From: a virus
Taxonomy: Duplodnaviria; Caudoviricetes
Virus record (IMG/VR): IMGVR_UViG_3300017499_000044
Location: 30,033-94,032 of that record
Reading direction: 5' to 3' (one strand)
DNA length: 64,000 nucleotides
This document shows positions 50,841 through 60,884 of the stretch, piece by piece. Positions within the stretch are counted from its first letter, which is position 1. Every line of letters starts with the position of its first letter. The notes below the pieces were generated by a model. It was not told where the DNA came from, ran no database searches, and saw nothing but the letters and a program-made list of their open reading frames with translations. A program made the translations under genes and the position numbers.

Positions 50841-51557
50841 TTACTTTTCCTCCTTCTTATTTATAAATGTATCTGTGAAATCGGTAAACAATTTCGCCGC
50901 GAGAGCCGACTCCTTTATTGCAAAGTAGTTGCTGTTCTTGACGTACTTGCTTATCAACTTCTTAACTTTGTCAGCTTCCTTTGGGTTCTTTCCAAGGAAG
51001 TCCTTAACGCTCTCGTCAAGCTGCTTTATTGTTTGCTCGGCGATAGCCTGATCCTCAGCAGCCTCCGCCGCCTTCTGCTTGCTCCTCCAATTGTCAACAT
51101 CATCCTCGGGCGTTGCTATGTTGAAATACTTTAATAGGAAATACCTCAGCGAATATGTAAGACTGGAACCCATTGCCTGAGCCGCATCGCCCTGCTGTCC
51201 TATAGCAGTCCACGGAACAACGATTCTTTCCTCCGGGTTCGCATTGTTTACCCATGTATAAGTCATGTCAGCCTGAACGATTATCTCATTATTATGTTCC
51301 TCGTATGGCTGCTTTGTCGCCCTGTCAATTTTCGTCTTAAGATAATGGTACTGTTCATGCTCCAACGTTCCCGGAACAATAGAGGGAATCAAAGAGACCT
51401 CGTACTTATCCATGAACGTAGTAACCTTGGCAAGTATTTCCTCATCGGTCACGTATTTATAATTGAACCCCGACTTGTTCTTCTTTATAACCTCAACCTG
51501 CTTGCGTATTTTGGCAAGCTTTTGATATAAATTCAATTCCTGCATATCTGTTGTCAA
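50841..51557 (-). CDS. ERF-family single-strand annealing protein
   Basis: LYQKLAKIR, NYKYV, AMGSSLTYSLRYFL, EDDVD. Confidence 0.85.
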   Translation of the reverse strand: MTTDMQELNLYQKLAKIRKQVEVIKKNKSGFNYKYVTDEEILAKVTTFMDKYEVSLIPSIVPGTLEHEQYHYLKTKIDRATKQPYEEHNNEIIVQADMTYTWVNNANPEERIVVPWTAIGQQGDAAQAMGSSLTYSLRYFLLKYFNIATPEDDVDNWRSKQKAAEAAEDQAIAEQTIKQLDESVKDFLGKNPKEADKVKKLISKYVKNSNYFAIKESALAAKLFTDFTDTFINKKEEK

Positions 51558-52388
51558 TCAACACGCCTCCCTCATTAGTCCCAAATATTCCTCGCTTAAT
51601 TTCTTCGCAATCCACAGCTGTCCTTTGCCCGTTACGTATGTTTGAGTGCAAACTTTATCTCCGTCTGAAGATTTAATCAGATATTCACGAACTTTAAAAT
51701 ACCCGTTCTCTATGTATTTTTGATACGGCTCATTATTTTTTCGCAGTACTCCCGAATCTCTCAGCCATCTGAATAATTTGTTTCTGCCGATAGGAATATT
51801 TCTGTCATGCAATAACTTTGCCATCTCACTCATATCAATAAGCCCTGCAGTATTGGATACTCTATCAGCAAATTCCACCAATGGCTTTTGTGTTTCCAGT
51901 TTTTCGTTCTGCGAAGCTACCGTTTTACTCAAATCTTTCATTGCCGTCAACGTTGCCCTGAGCATCAATCTCGTCCTCTCATCCGCGTCAGGCAGATATG
52001 TATTTATAAACAAGTCATCGTCTGCAACATAACCACCTGTCTTACGAATAGTCGGCAGCACTTCTGACGTAATCCAGTGTTTGAATTTTTTCGCCGATGG
52101 GAGCTTGCTTGATAGGATGAGGGCATATAGCCCAGACTCGTTAATTAACCAACCACCACGCTGTCCTAATTCTTTATAGTTAAAGTTCGATACCGTTTTG
52201 GTATTGAGTTTTTCATCTGCCATAAAACGGTCTTCCTCGGCAACGTGTCGACAAATATCTCTGTTCCCATTTTGATAACCAAGAATACCGGCTACATCCT
52301 TACCGACAAACCAAGGCTCGCCGTCAATCATTGTTGTTCTCACCGAACCAAATTCTTCATTCTTAAATACTTTTAATTCTTTATTCAT
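51558..52388 (-). CDS. Bro-N / ANT(KilA-C) antirepressor
   Basis: FKNEEFGSVR, PWFVGKDVA, INESGLY, EVLPTIRKTG, VTGKGQ. Confidence 0.92.
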   Translation of the reverse strand: MNKELKVFKNEEFGSVRTTMIDGEPWFVGKDVAGILGYQNGNRDICRHVAEEDRFMADEKLNTKTVSNFNYKELGQRGGWLINESGLYALILSSKLPSAKKFKHWITSEVLPTIRKTGGYVADDDLFINTYLPDADERTRLMLRATLTAMKDLSKTVASQNEKLETQKPLVEFADRVSNTAGLIDMSEMAKLLHDRNIPIGRNKLFRWLRDSGVLRKNNEPYQKYIENGYFKVREYLIKSSDGDKVCTQTYVTGKGQLWIAKKLSEEYLGLMREAC

Positions 52389-52507
52389 ATCCTTCTCCTT
52401 TTTCACTGCGCAATTTTGCGTAGTGAGATTTTCAATTGCTCTACTTACATCCGCTATGCGGTTGTCAAAATGTCCGGCAATTTCTCTGATAAAATTATCT
52501 CGATAAC

Positions 52508-53170
52508 CTACTTGTTTTCTTCAATATAACAAGCCCCTTCATCTGCGACATGAACCAGCCACGCAAACGGAAATTGCCTGTACGCGTCTCCCACGAACCT
52601 TGCTCTGCCTTCTTCCCATGTTGACATATGGCAATTAATCGCCGCGGCTTCCTCGGGCGTCAGCTTTATAAAGCTCTGGACGATATACACAGATTTACTT
52701 CCATGCCCTCCATAACAAAAGCCTTCCTTGATCGCATAGGCATCGTAAGTTTCCCACTGACCACGCTCATTTTTACGATTACGCTTTTCCTTGGTATACA
52801 TATTAACCTTGCATAGGTCATGAAATAAGGTGCATATTATTGCGCTTTCTTTACTAACCTGAATCTCGGGATACGCGTTAAGCAAACGTTTTAATTCGTC
52901 ATACACACTTAAGGAGTGAGCTAAAAGCCCACCCTCGTATGCTCCGTGGTATCTGGAGCTAGCCGGAGCTGTATAGAAGTCGCTCTCCTCAAGCCACTTC
53001 ATGAGTTTCTCGATCCCCGGACGTTTGATATTTCCGCATAAAGAAATAAACCTTTCCTTATTCGTCTCGTTTTTAAAGTCCGTTTTAAACACCTCCTCGT
53101 AAACAATATTTTTTAAAGCCGTTAGGCTAATGACGACAGCCGGCTCTGCCCCGGCACTTAAAGCTTTCAC
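52508..53170 (-). CDS. HD-domain phosphohydrolase (start uncertain)
   Basis: APASSRYHG, HSL, LFHDLCK, GHG, HM, HVAD. Confidence 0.85.
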   Translation of the reverse strand: MKALSAGAEPAVVISLTALKNIVYEEVFKTDFKNETNKERFISLCGNIKRPGIEKLMKWLEESDFYTAPASSRYHGAYEGGLLAHSLSVYDELKRLLNAYPEIQVSKESAIICTLFHDLCKVNMYTKEKRNRKNERGQWETYDAYAIKEGFCYGGHGSKSVYIVQSFIKLTPEEAAAINCHMSTWEEGRARFVGDAYRQFPFAWLVHVADEGACYIEENK

Positions 53171-53299
53171 TTTTATGCTGCTGTTACATTATGTCATCTC
53201 GGTAAATTATTTAATTGATTTGATTATGTATTGAAAACGCCCGGCTTGCAGGCATTTTCATCGGGAAATTATCGAAACAGATGATTTGCTTTTGGATAT

Positions 53300-54253
53300 T
53301 TACATTTTAAAAGCAAGCTTCCAACGCATATAATCCTCTAAATAATCATGCGCAAGCTGCCTGTGCTTTGCCTCTTGTGTGTTGCCCCCACTGTCAAGCT
53401 TGTATTCCTTGCCGACAGACTGATGCGCTACTATATCGGAAAAATCCGGAGCGATTCCCATTCTTTCTTTTTCATACGTTCTGTGAAACAAGCCTGACAG
53501 CCACACTCTGTAATAGCTAAGCTTAAGATTAGTAACCCCGGCTTTTCTTTGGCTTTTTGATTTGCGGGAGAGCCTTACTCTTGCCGACTTCACTGTCGGA
53601 ACGGAGCCTACGCCTCTCATTAATAAATCCCCGGGCGCACGATCCTTCCATACATCTTTTTGATACAACGGATGTTTAAACAAAAACTGGTTAAGCTCAA
53701 CACAATTTTTGTACGCTGCTATCGCCTCACGATATATCGGAAATTCCTCATCGCCGCACCGGACAATCATCTTTGAGAAGTCTACATCCGAACCTTTAAT
53801 GGTAAATGCCTGCGCTTCGGAGATCCCGGCATATGCCATCCAGTAATAACACCTGTAGATATTATCGACGCTCAAGCTTTCAGGCGGGTCAAACACCTTA
53901 TTTAAGTAATCCTCGAGATGAACAGGGCTTGACACCGTGCGCTCCCTTATTCCATCTAAACCGGCTACATTTATATGACACAGGTTGTCACAAGCGTTAG
54001 GCACTCCCGCTTTCATACACCACGCCGCATAGTGCTTCAATATAATAAGCCTCATCCATTTGCTTCTGGCTCTTAAGCCAACAAGCGAATTTATCGCCGG
54101 CTGGAGCTGCTCCTTGCTCACAGTGCAGATGTCACTTTCCCATTCTTCCTCGAAGCTTTCTACGGCATCAAACACACTTTTACACACATTTGAAGTATTG
54201 ATACTGTTCGTGTACTCGCGAATGAACCCTTCCTTTACTTTTTCATTATACAT
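53300..54253 (-). CDS. MrpR/YopR-like repressor with tyrosine-recombinase-like fold
   Basis: MYNEKVKEGF...FEEEWESDIC N-terminus, MAYAGI, VWLSG, YMRWK C-terminus resembling the SPbeta master repressor family. Confidence 0.6.
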   Translation of the reverse strand: MYNEKVKEGFIREYTNSINTSNVCKSVFDAVESFEEEWESDICTVSKEQLQPAINSLVGLRARSKWMRLIILKHYAAWCMKAGVPNACDNLCHINVAGLDGIRERTVSSPVHLEDYLNKVFDPPESLSVDNIYRCYYWMAYAGISEAQAFTIKGSDVDFSKMIVRCGDEEFPIYREAIAAYKNCVELNQFLFKHPLYQKDVWKDRAPGDLLMRGVGSVPTVKSARVRLSRKSKSQRKAGVTNLKLSYYRVWLSGLFHRTYEKERMGIAPDFSDIVAHQSVGKEYKLDSGGNTQEAKHRQLAHDYLEDYMRWKLAFKM

Positions 54254-54727
54254 TTAAGGCTCTCCTTCCGTAAGCGAATCTGCATTTAACACAACGGCTT
54301 GATTCCATATCAACAAAAGCAAATCCGGATTTATGAAAGAAATCGCGGAGGTTGCAAGCAAATTCGCCTCAGCCACCCTGCTCATATATTCCCTCGGAAT
54401 CGTGGTGAGATATGCGCCCAATCTTTCCTTGGACATTCTCTCTGGATTCTCACATAGAACCATACTATCTCTAGCAAGACCGGTTCCGAGAGCGGGTATA
54501 ACCACATGGGTGGGCTGATTTGTTTTCTTAATCGCACTCGTTAAGGGAAGGGCGATGATATTAGGGCTGTACTTGTTGCCTAAATTATTTTGAAATACCA
54601 AGCCCGGTCTCCATCCCTTCTGCTCGCTGCCGCTTCCTCCGAAAAGCATTAGATATACATCTCCGATTCGAGGCTCCCGCCTAGGCGTGCGCTTCACGGT
54701 GTTTATTTTGTCTTGACAAAGTTTCAT
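54254..54727 (-). CDS. MazF/PemK-family endoribonuclease, no adjacent antitoxin
   Basis: GDVYL..GSEQKGWRPGLVFQNNLGNKYSP..PLTS..PTHV..DSMVLCE. Confidence 0.9.
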   Translation of the reverse strand: MKLCQDKINTVKRTPRREPRIGDVYLMLFGGSGSEQKGWRPGLVFQNNLGNKYSPNIIALPLTSAIKKTNQPTHVVIPALGTGLARDSMVLCENPERMSKERLGAYLTTIPREYMSRVAEANLLATSAISFINPDLLLLIWNQAVVLNADSLTEGEP

Positions 54728-54756
54728 CGTGCCACTTCCTTTCCAAGTACACTTAA

Positions 54757-54785
54757 ATTATAGCACAGCCGAAGCTTAAAGTCAA
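54757..54785 (-). promoter_or_regulatory. SigA promoter for mazF-mrpR-like operon
   Basis: TTGACT-17-TATAAT with extended TG. Confidence 0.75.
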
Positions 54786-54817
54786 GTCAATTTTAAAATT
54801 TACTTTTAAATTTTTTG

Positions 54818-55159
54818 TTAATTTTTCTGCCTTACTATTATTGTATACTCTTTTTCTCCTCCCTCGGAATCTTTATTCCCGCATACCACAGTAAAAACAT
54901 TTCCGAGAGGACACGGCTCGTCCTCTACAACGGCTCTTACTCTGCTGAACTTCATAGAGTTATTCGCCTTATCGCTGAGAAAAATTGTATTGGGGCAAAA
55001 AGTGATTACGATTTTTTCAAAAACTAACTCTAAGCCCAGTGTGCTTTCTGTATTATGCCATTTTTGGTTGTTTGCAGAAAACACAAACAATTTGTTTGAC
55101 GGAGTGCTGTTTAAGCGACTCCTAAATTCCGCTAAGGATAATTTCCCCATATCTCTCAC
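54818..55159 (-). CDS. Hypothetical protein
   Basis: RBS GGAGG, co-oriented. Confidence 0.55.
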   Translation of the reverse strand: MRDMGKLSLAEFRSRLNSTPSNKLFVFSANNQKWHNTESTLGLELVFEKIVITFCPNTIFLSDKANNSMKFSRVRAVVEDEPCPLGNVFTVVCGNKDSEGGEKEYTIIVRQKN

Positions 55160-55352
55160 TGACCTCCAATATACTCTTCGATTTCCTTTTGATGTTATTC
55201 TGCTCCTTGTCTCCCTTGGTTCGTCGTATGTGTGTTATTCCGCTGTGCATTCCGAATCATGCGAACGGATTTTCTCACAGTCCGCTTTTTGGATATTATA
55301 ATTAACAAACATTTATCCGTCTAATTTGCAAACAAACATTTGATAATATGAT

Positions 55353-55381
55353 ATTATACCACAAAAACCTCGCCCTGTCAA
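55353..55381 (-). promoter_or_regulatory. Perfect-consensus SigA promoter
   Basis: TTGACA-17-TATAAT with TG; followed by two AAATGTTTGTT direct repeats. Confidence 0.8.
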
Positions 55382-55442
55382 GTCCGCCGCTGTGTTTTAT
55401 TTGTGTATTTAGTAAACAAGATGTGAATATGTTGGGTAAATT

Positions 55443-55468
55443 TTAAGCCGTCCCGAAGGACGGCTTTA
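55443..55468. terminator. Intrinsic terminator hairpin
   Basis: aagccgtcc-cgaa-ggacggctt. Confidence 0.7.
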
Positions 55469-55476
55469 GTCTTACG

Positions 55477-56079
55477 TTATTTCCACGCTCTGCGACATGG
55501 AAAGCAGCATATCGAGGCGTCAAATTTCAGTTCTTCTTCGTATTCGTACACTTTATGGGTTATAACAAACTCAATTTTTTCATCGTCTCCACGCACTCTG
55601 TTGTAATCATTAAGATGTTTTTCTACTCGCTGAGCAAAACGTATATAAATATCCTCCTTATTTGTATTAGGGATATAGCTCATACCGCAATTAAATAAAT
55701 CATATGATACCTTCCCTTTGTCTGCGCATATCAAAGATACAATCCAGTACGGATGATAAATTTTAAGCATCTTGTCGTGACCCTTGGGAACTCCAAGGTA
55801 CGGAGGGAGTAGAGGTTTTTTATCTTTCTTATTCCTGAACACAAAGTCAAAATCTTCTTTATACCTTCTGCAAATCTCGTCATAATGCCGTCCGCACAAC
55901 ACATAATCCACCACTTTATTCCACTCGCTCAGAGGAAGCATATACTTTGCTTTCAAGCGTTCCTCGCTCTTCTCCCGTGCCGCTCTGGCTGTCTCGTAGC
56001 TCCGCCCCTTTGCCGCTTCAATAGAACCCTTGCAGACAAAGTACGACCCCAAGAAAAACGCTGCAAAAAAACTCCACAT
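55477..56079 (-). CDS. Hypothetical protein with N-terminal hydrophobic segment
   Basis: MWSFFAAFFLGSYFVC... Confidence 0.55.
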   Translation of the reverse strand: MWSFFAAFFLGSYFVCKGSIEAAKGRSYETARAAREKSEERLKAKYMLPLSEWNKVVDYVLCGRHYDEICRRYKEDFDFVFRNKKDKKPLLPPYLGVPKGHDKMLKIYHPYWIVSLICADKGKVSYDLFNCGMSYIPNTNKEDIYIRFAQRVEKHLNDYNRVRGDDEKIEFVITHKVYEYEEELKFDASICCFPCRRAWK

Positions 56080-56082
56080 ATT

Positions 56083-56313
56083 TTACATAGCCGCGTCAGA
56101 TACGCACGATATTGCATTATCAATAAACTCAACTGCATCTCCGAGCATATCCACGGCATCCTCCATTCTTTCATATTTTTCACTCGCCTGTAGATTTTCC
56201 GGAATGTTATCAAGACAATCCGTTTCTTCGTCCGATACAGACGAGACTATTGCCGAGGCGCGGTTAAGCAAAGCCTCGGCTTCTTTTAAAGCCGCGCGTC
56301 TTTTATTATTCAT
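56083..56313 (-). CDS. Conserved phage helical-hairpin protein
   Basis: MNNKRRAAL...DEETDCLDNIPENLQASEKYE. Confidence 0.65.
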   Translation of the reverse strand: MNNKRRAALKEAEALLNRASAIVSSVSDEETDCLDNIPENLQASEKYERMEDAVDMLGDAVEFIDNAISCVSDAAM

Positions 56314-56325
56314 CGGTATCCCTCC

Positions 56326-57892
56326 TTAGATTTGAAACTTAAAAACAAACTTCATGCGGTCAGGGTTGTCCTTCACGCAAGAAATCCTACACCCCTTAGC
56401 AGTTTCCATCAGATTATAGAACGGATGCTCCGTCTGTTCCACAATAACCTCGCCGCATTCCAAAGACAAAGCAAGCATCCCGGACTCTTCATCAAAAGCT
56501 ACCTCTAACTTATCACCCTTAAAACTCGCCTTAAACGAATCAACGAGAGAGCAATATTGCCTCAGCCATTCTAAGCCTCTCGGCTTGCTCTTAAGCTTCT
56601 CCAAAGCTTCACTTCCTATCGCTTCTTTGGCTAAATCAAAATACTTCACACTTTCCATCGGTACAACCTCCTCCCTTATTTCTCAATCAGCGTGTCAATC
56701 AAACCCTGAAACGCAAAGTCTATTTGGATACGTCCGTCCGTCCTCGAAAATATATCACAATTTTCCGCGTACTTCGCAGCCTCCGCGATTAATCCCGGCT
56801 CGTCAATCATAAGGTCTCTCCCGACTACAGTTACATAACCGTGCCCAATCCACGGCTCATGAATACCATAAGTAACTTTCGCGTCTGTGCCTTCGGTCAT
56901 ACATTCCATGAGATGATACACGCGACGCAGATCAGCTACTTTTTTAAAATTCAGTGCCTCTACTTCTACGCCGTCTTTCCTCTCCGCTTCTTTCTTCCTC
57001 AGCTCTTTAATGAACTCGTCGAGTTCTGCGAAAACCTCATCGTCTTCATTAAGAGAGCCGTTTTTGTTGTTTGGATTTTCTGTCATATTAGAACACCTCG
57101 CCTTTCACTTCATTCCACACGCTTGGGAATACAAATTTAAACAAGATAGAATCTTCATCATTCGCTTTAATCTCACATCTTGTTGTCCTCGCCACCACAT
57201 CATAGAACATCGGACTACTTGACTGTGCGACAATGTTTGAACACTTAAGGCAAACCGAAATTTCCATCGCTTTATCGTCAAACCCGACCAAACACACATC
57301 GCTTTGAAACTCATCAGTCAACTTGTCGAGCATATCACAGCATTCTCCGAGAGCGTCCACCTTATCCGGATCCGATTCATAAATTGATTCAAAATACGCA
57401 TCTGCTTTGTCTACCGCGTCCATTACCGTATCATAAATACTATCATAGTCGTAGTAATCGTAATCAAATTCCATCGGGAGTACCTCCTTCCGCATGAGAT
57501 ACGTTAGCCAAACCCTGAAATCCAAAATCCATTTGAACGGTGCCGTCAGTCTTGGGATATATGTCGAGGTTAAGCGCATACCTCCCCGCTTCCGCAAACA
57601 ACCTTGGTTCGCGAATTATAATATTCTTTCCCTGCACAGTCACAGAACCGTGTCCAACCCATGGTTCGTTGATTGCGTAAGTTACCTCAGCATCGCACCC
57701 TTTCACCGCACGTTGCATAAGGTAACGCACATAGCGGAATTCCTTCACCTTATCGAGCTTCATGATTTCTATTGTAACTCCATCCGGCTGATTCGCGTCA
57801 ATCTTCTTTAAATACTCAATGAAGTCATCGAACCACTCAAAGATGCCGTCGTCATCACCACGGAAATCATTGTTATTTGGATTTTCTGTCAT
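56326..57892 (-). repeat. Tandem duplicated two-gene unit A1(57464-57892)-B1(57088-57474)-A2(56676-57086)-B2(56326-56658)
   Basis: A: MTENPNN, EPWxGHG, TDG...DFxFQGL. B: FD...LxCxxxxx...FY...KFVF. Confidence 0.8.
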
Positions 57893-57984
57893 ACAAAAAC
57901 CTCACCTTCTAAAAATTAACAGAACTCAGTCTGTATCTCACTAATACCATTATATCACATCCTTATAAAATACGCAACAAAATA

Positions 57985-59157
57985 TTACATATTTATTAAA
58001 TTTTGTACACATTGCACAAAAATCCGGGCGGCTTTTTTAACTTCCTCAATTGTGTTTGTATCTGAGAATGATATTCTTACGCTGCTCCTCGCTTGTTCCG
58101 GCGACAGACCAATCGCCAGAAGTACCCTGCTTGGTTTAGATTCATGTGCGCCGCACGCAGAGCCTGCCGATATACACAAGCCCATCGTGTCACAAAGAAG
58201 GAGCAAAGTTTCCGCGTCTATTCCGTGGATTGTGAGGTTTAATATTCTGCCCGGGGCTTCGGGGGCAAGACCATTTACCTGTATGCTATCCGACAAGCCT
58301 TCCGAGCATATAAATTTATAAAACACTTCTTTATAATGCGTGGTTGCCAATACCCCTTTTGCCCAATTTCTTTGCGCTACATCGCACGCTTTGCCGAAAC
58401 CTACGATTCCCGCAACGTTTTCCGTTCCGCCTCTCAGACCAAACTCCTGATTAGCTCCGCCTTGGATAATCGGCGAAAGATTTCCCGGACACTTTGCGTA
58501 TAAAGCACCGACGCCCTTCGGACCGTGTATCTTATGCGACGAAATTGACATGAAGTCAACGTCAAAACCCTTAGCATTTAATGTATATGCTCCTGCCGCT
58601 TGTACGCAGTCCGTGTGAAACAGCGCATTATGCGCGTGGCAAAGTCTGCTGATTTGGGATATATGATTCGCCGTTCCGACCTCATTATTTACATACATTA
58701 CAGACACCAAGCCCGTTTCCTCGTTTATAACAGACTTAACACTTTCGCATGAGATTCGTCCTATGCCGTTGGGCGGTATGAACGACGCATAGAAGTCGTC
58801 CCACACAACACCCTGCCTTTTCCCGCCGCATAAATAATTTACCGCACCCAAAACCGACGCGTGTTCCATTTCCGACGCAACGATATGCCGTCTGCCTCTC
58901 TTATTAAGCACACTTGCACTTCCTATTATGGCTAAATTGTTCGCCTCGCTGCCGCTTGATGTAAAGATTATATTCTCGGGTGCCGCTCCCATAAAATCAG
59001 CGACCTGAGAACGAGCCTCTTCCACCGCATTTCGAGCCTCCCTGCCCAATGAATATATCGAGCCGGGATTGCCGTAGTCTGTTGTAAGATACGGCATCAT
59101 AGCGTCTAAAACTTCCGGTACAATCGCCGTTGTCGCTGCATTGTCAAGATATATCAT
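57985..59157 (-). CDS. iscS: Cysteine desulfurase (IscS/NifS group I)
   Basis: YLDNAATT, GNPGS, FTSSGSE, SSHKIHGPKG, GGTEN, SAGSAC. Confidence 0.93.
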   Translation of the reverse strand: MIYLDNAATTAIVPEVLDAMMPYLTTDYGNPGSIYSLGREARNAVEEARSQVADFMGAAPENIIFTSSGSEANNLAIIGSASVLNKRGRRHIVASEMEHASVLGAVNYLCGGKRQGVVWDDFYASFIPPNGIGRISCESVKSVINEETGLVSVMYVNNEVGTANHISQISRLCHAHNALFHTDCVQAAGAYTLNAKGFDVDFMSISSHKIHGPKGVGALYAKCPGNLSPIIQGGANQEFGLRGGTENVAGIVGFGKACDVAQRNWAKGVLATTHYKEVFYKFICSEGLSDSIQVNGLAPEAPGRILNLTIHGIDAETLLLLCDTMGLCISAGSACGAHESKPSRVLLAIGLSPEQARSSVRISFSDTNTIEEVKKAARIFVQCVQNLINM

Positions 59158-59423
59158 GCCGTTAATGCCTCCTCCGCTTTCATTTTTGAATACCTCTTCC
59201 GCACCATTTTTAACACGTCCCTTCCATTTAGTTTACAGCCTATGCCGCGCAGAAGCATAGCTCCCCATGGGCTTACAAAAAACTTTTCGATTTCCTTTAT
59301 AGAATAGTACCCATCTCCGTGTAAGGTTTGACTTTTGGACACGCCTCGTTTTCTTAAATCCGCATAGTCTTTTGCGGCTTGTGCAAAAATTGCGCACACA
59401 AGCTCTTCATACATTGTATACAA
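59154..59423 (-). CDS. Hypothetical protein, paralog of 25008-25391
   Basis: LVCAIFAQAAKDY...IEKFFVSPWG; overlaps the iscS start. Confidence 0.7.
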   Translation of the reverse strand: MYTMYEELVCAIFAQAAKDYADLRKRGVSKSQTLHGDGYYSIKEIEKFFVSPWGAMLLRGIGCKLNGRDVLKMVRKRYSKMKAEEALTA

Positions 59424-59436
59424 TTATAATCACTCC

Positions 59437-59544
59437 TTAATCAATAAATTCTGCCAAAATGCACATAATAAATCCCGGCAAAAAGAATAACACCGTGGCT
59501 TTTACAATTATTGCCACGACCCTTATGAACTCAAAGAAAATCAA
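59437..59544 (-). CDS. 35-aa single-TM peptide (not in ORF track), paralog of 24879-25001
   Basis: MIFFEFIRVVAIIVKATVLFFLPGFIMCILAEFID; RBS GAGG. Confidence 0.6.
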   Translation of the reverse strand: MIFFEFIRVVAIIVKATVLFFLPGFIMCILAEFID

Positions 59545-59559
59545 ACCCTCACCTCTTCC

Positions 59560-60162
59560 CTAATGCTCATTGAAGACAACTTGTTCGCCCGCCTTCAAAC
59601 TCCAACAACCGCCAGATGTTAGAATACATTCGGTGCAGTTTCCTCCGCACTCGTGAGCATCCGCTCCGGCTGTAGTTTCGCCATCTCTGTATCTTACGTG
59701 AGCCTCTGGAAGCTTGAAAGGATTAACCATTTCCAATCCTACCCAACCACTTAATATAATGTGTAAATTTTCAGGGATTTTCCCGCCGTTTGCGAGGAAA
59801 GAGTTGACCAGCTCATACTTTTTGGTAAAACAAAGAATGCCGCAGTGTCTGTTCCTGTCAGCAACCTCAACCATATGCTCGAGATAATCCGCGTCAGGAA
59901 TGTCTCCCGAAACATGGAATCTAAAATAGCGAGACATCATGATTTGCCCTTCTATTTCCCGCCAGTATGTAGTTGGATTTGATTTCAAAAGTTCGTAATT
60001 GTGCTGGTACGCATTACGGACAGCAGGTCTTAAACGCTCAAGCCTTCTGGCGTAACACTTCTTGTAACATTCGCAGTCATGACGGCAGGTTTCCCCCGCC
60101 GGAAGCGAGACGCTCGGAATAGAACCAAGCTTAGAATTTCCCGCACTTATCTTTACATTCAA
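59560..60162 (-). CDS. Phage Gp88-family (Cys-rich, radical-SAM-like) protein
   Basis: GNSKLG, LPAGETC...C...CYA, FRFHVSGD, FTK. Confidence 0.75.
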   Translation of the reverse strand: MNVKISAGNSKLGSIPSVSLPAGETCRHDCECYKKCYARRLERLRPAVRNAYQHNYELLKSNPTTYWREIEGQIMMSRYFRFHVSGDIPDADYLEHMVEVADRNRHCGILCFTKKYELVNSFLANGGKIPENLHIILSGWVGLEMVNPFKLPEAHVRYRDGETTAGADAHECGGNCTECILTSGGCWSLKAGEQVVFNEH

Positions 60163-60713
60163 TCGCTATCACCCGCCTTGAGAGACGCAACTCTCTCCGC
60201 TTTAAGCGTTTCGTGGTCAAACATTTTCGCCACAAGATACGCCGTATAGCCATCAATTAAATTCCCGTGTTCATCAATAACAACGCGTGTTTCAAAATCG
60301 CTAAAATCATAGAACTCCTGAACCCTCTTGGCAATCTTTTCCGAAGAGGGAGAAGAGCTCGCCATTCTCCACGGCACATGGATTTCCGACAGCGGAACAT
60401 CATCTATAACACTCGTCACGACACCTATTCGAATATCACCGATACGAATGTCTCTGCCGGAGAGTGAACATATAAAATTAACAACGCTCTCATTTGCGGT
60501 AAGATTTCCCGCCTTTACTATCGGGTCATCATCTTCGAATTTGACATATTCTCCCACGCCTTCAACCACACCCGAGCTAACTCCGTGCTGCGTACTGCAA
60601 TAAACCTTTGATTTTATATGCACAAACTTGCAAAGTTCATCCGGCACGACAAACCAAAACAGTTTATCCTGCCCCGCCTGATGTCGCACTCCAACACATT
60701 TCATATTATACAA
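60159..60713 (-). CDS. Hypothetical protein with C-terminal ParB/Srx-like segment
   Basis: VVIDEHGNLIDGYTAYL. Confidence 0.55.
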   Translation of the reverse strand: MYNMKCVGVRHQAGQDKLFWFVVPDELCKFVHIKSKVYCSTQHGVSSGVVEGVGEYVKFEDDDPIVKAGNLTANESVVNFICSLSGRDIRIGDIRIGVVTSVIDDVPLSEIHVPWRMASSSPSSEKIAKRVQEFYDFSDFETRVVIDEHGNLIDGYTAYLVAKMFDHETLKAERVASLKAGDSD

Positions 60714-60767
60714 TTCCTCCTTTTAAATCGAAGCAACGCTCCGCTTTGCTTGCAAGGAGCGGAGCTT

Positions 60768-60884
60768 GCAAAGATTGCAACCAGCAAAGGGAGCGTTAGC
60801 TCCTCAGGGTTTCAGTGGGAGATTATAACTCCCACTGAAATCATGAATGGCACCCGCCGCCTTAGAGGCGGGGGACATCTTTGC
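60768..60884 (-). ncRNA. Structured element 3, possible minimal msr-msd-like RNA
   Basis: GCAAAGAT/ATCTTTGC closing arms with G after the 5' arm; internal GC hairpin, perfect 12-bp TTTCAGTGGGAG/CTCCCACTGAAA, GGAGC/GCTCC. Confidence 0.5.

Noticed and set aside
55303-55343. LexA (SOS) boxes downstream of the 55353 promoter
   Set aside because: Match to GAAC-N4-GTTC is too weak; kept only as an unexplained direct repeat.
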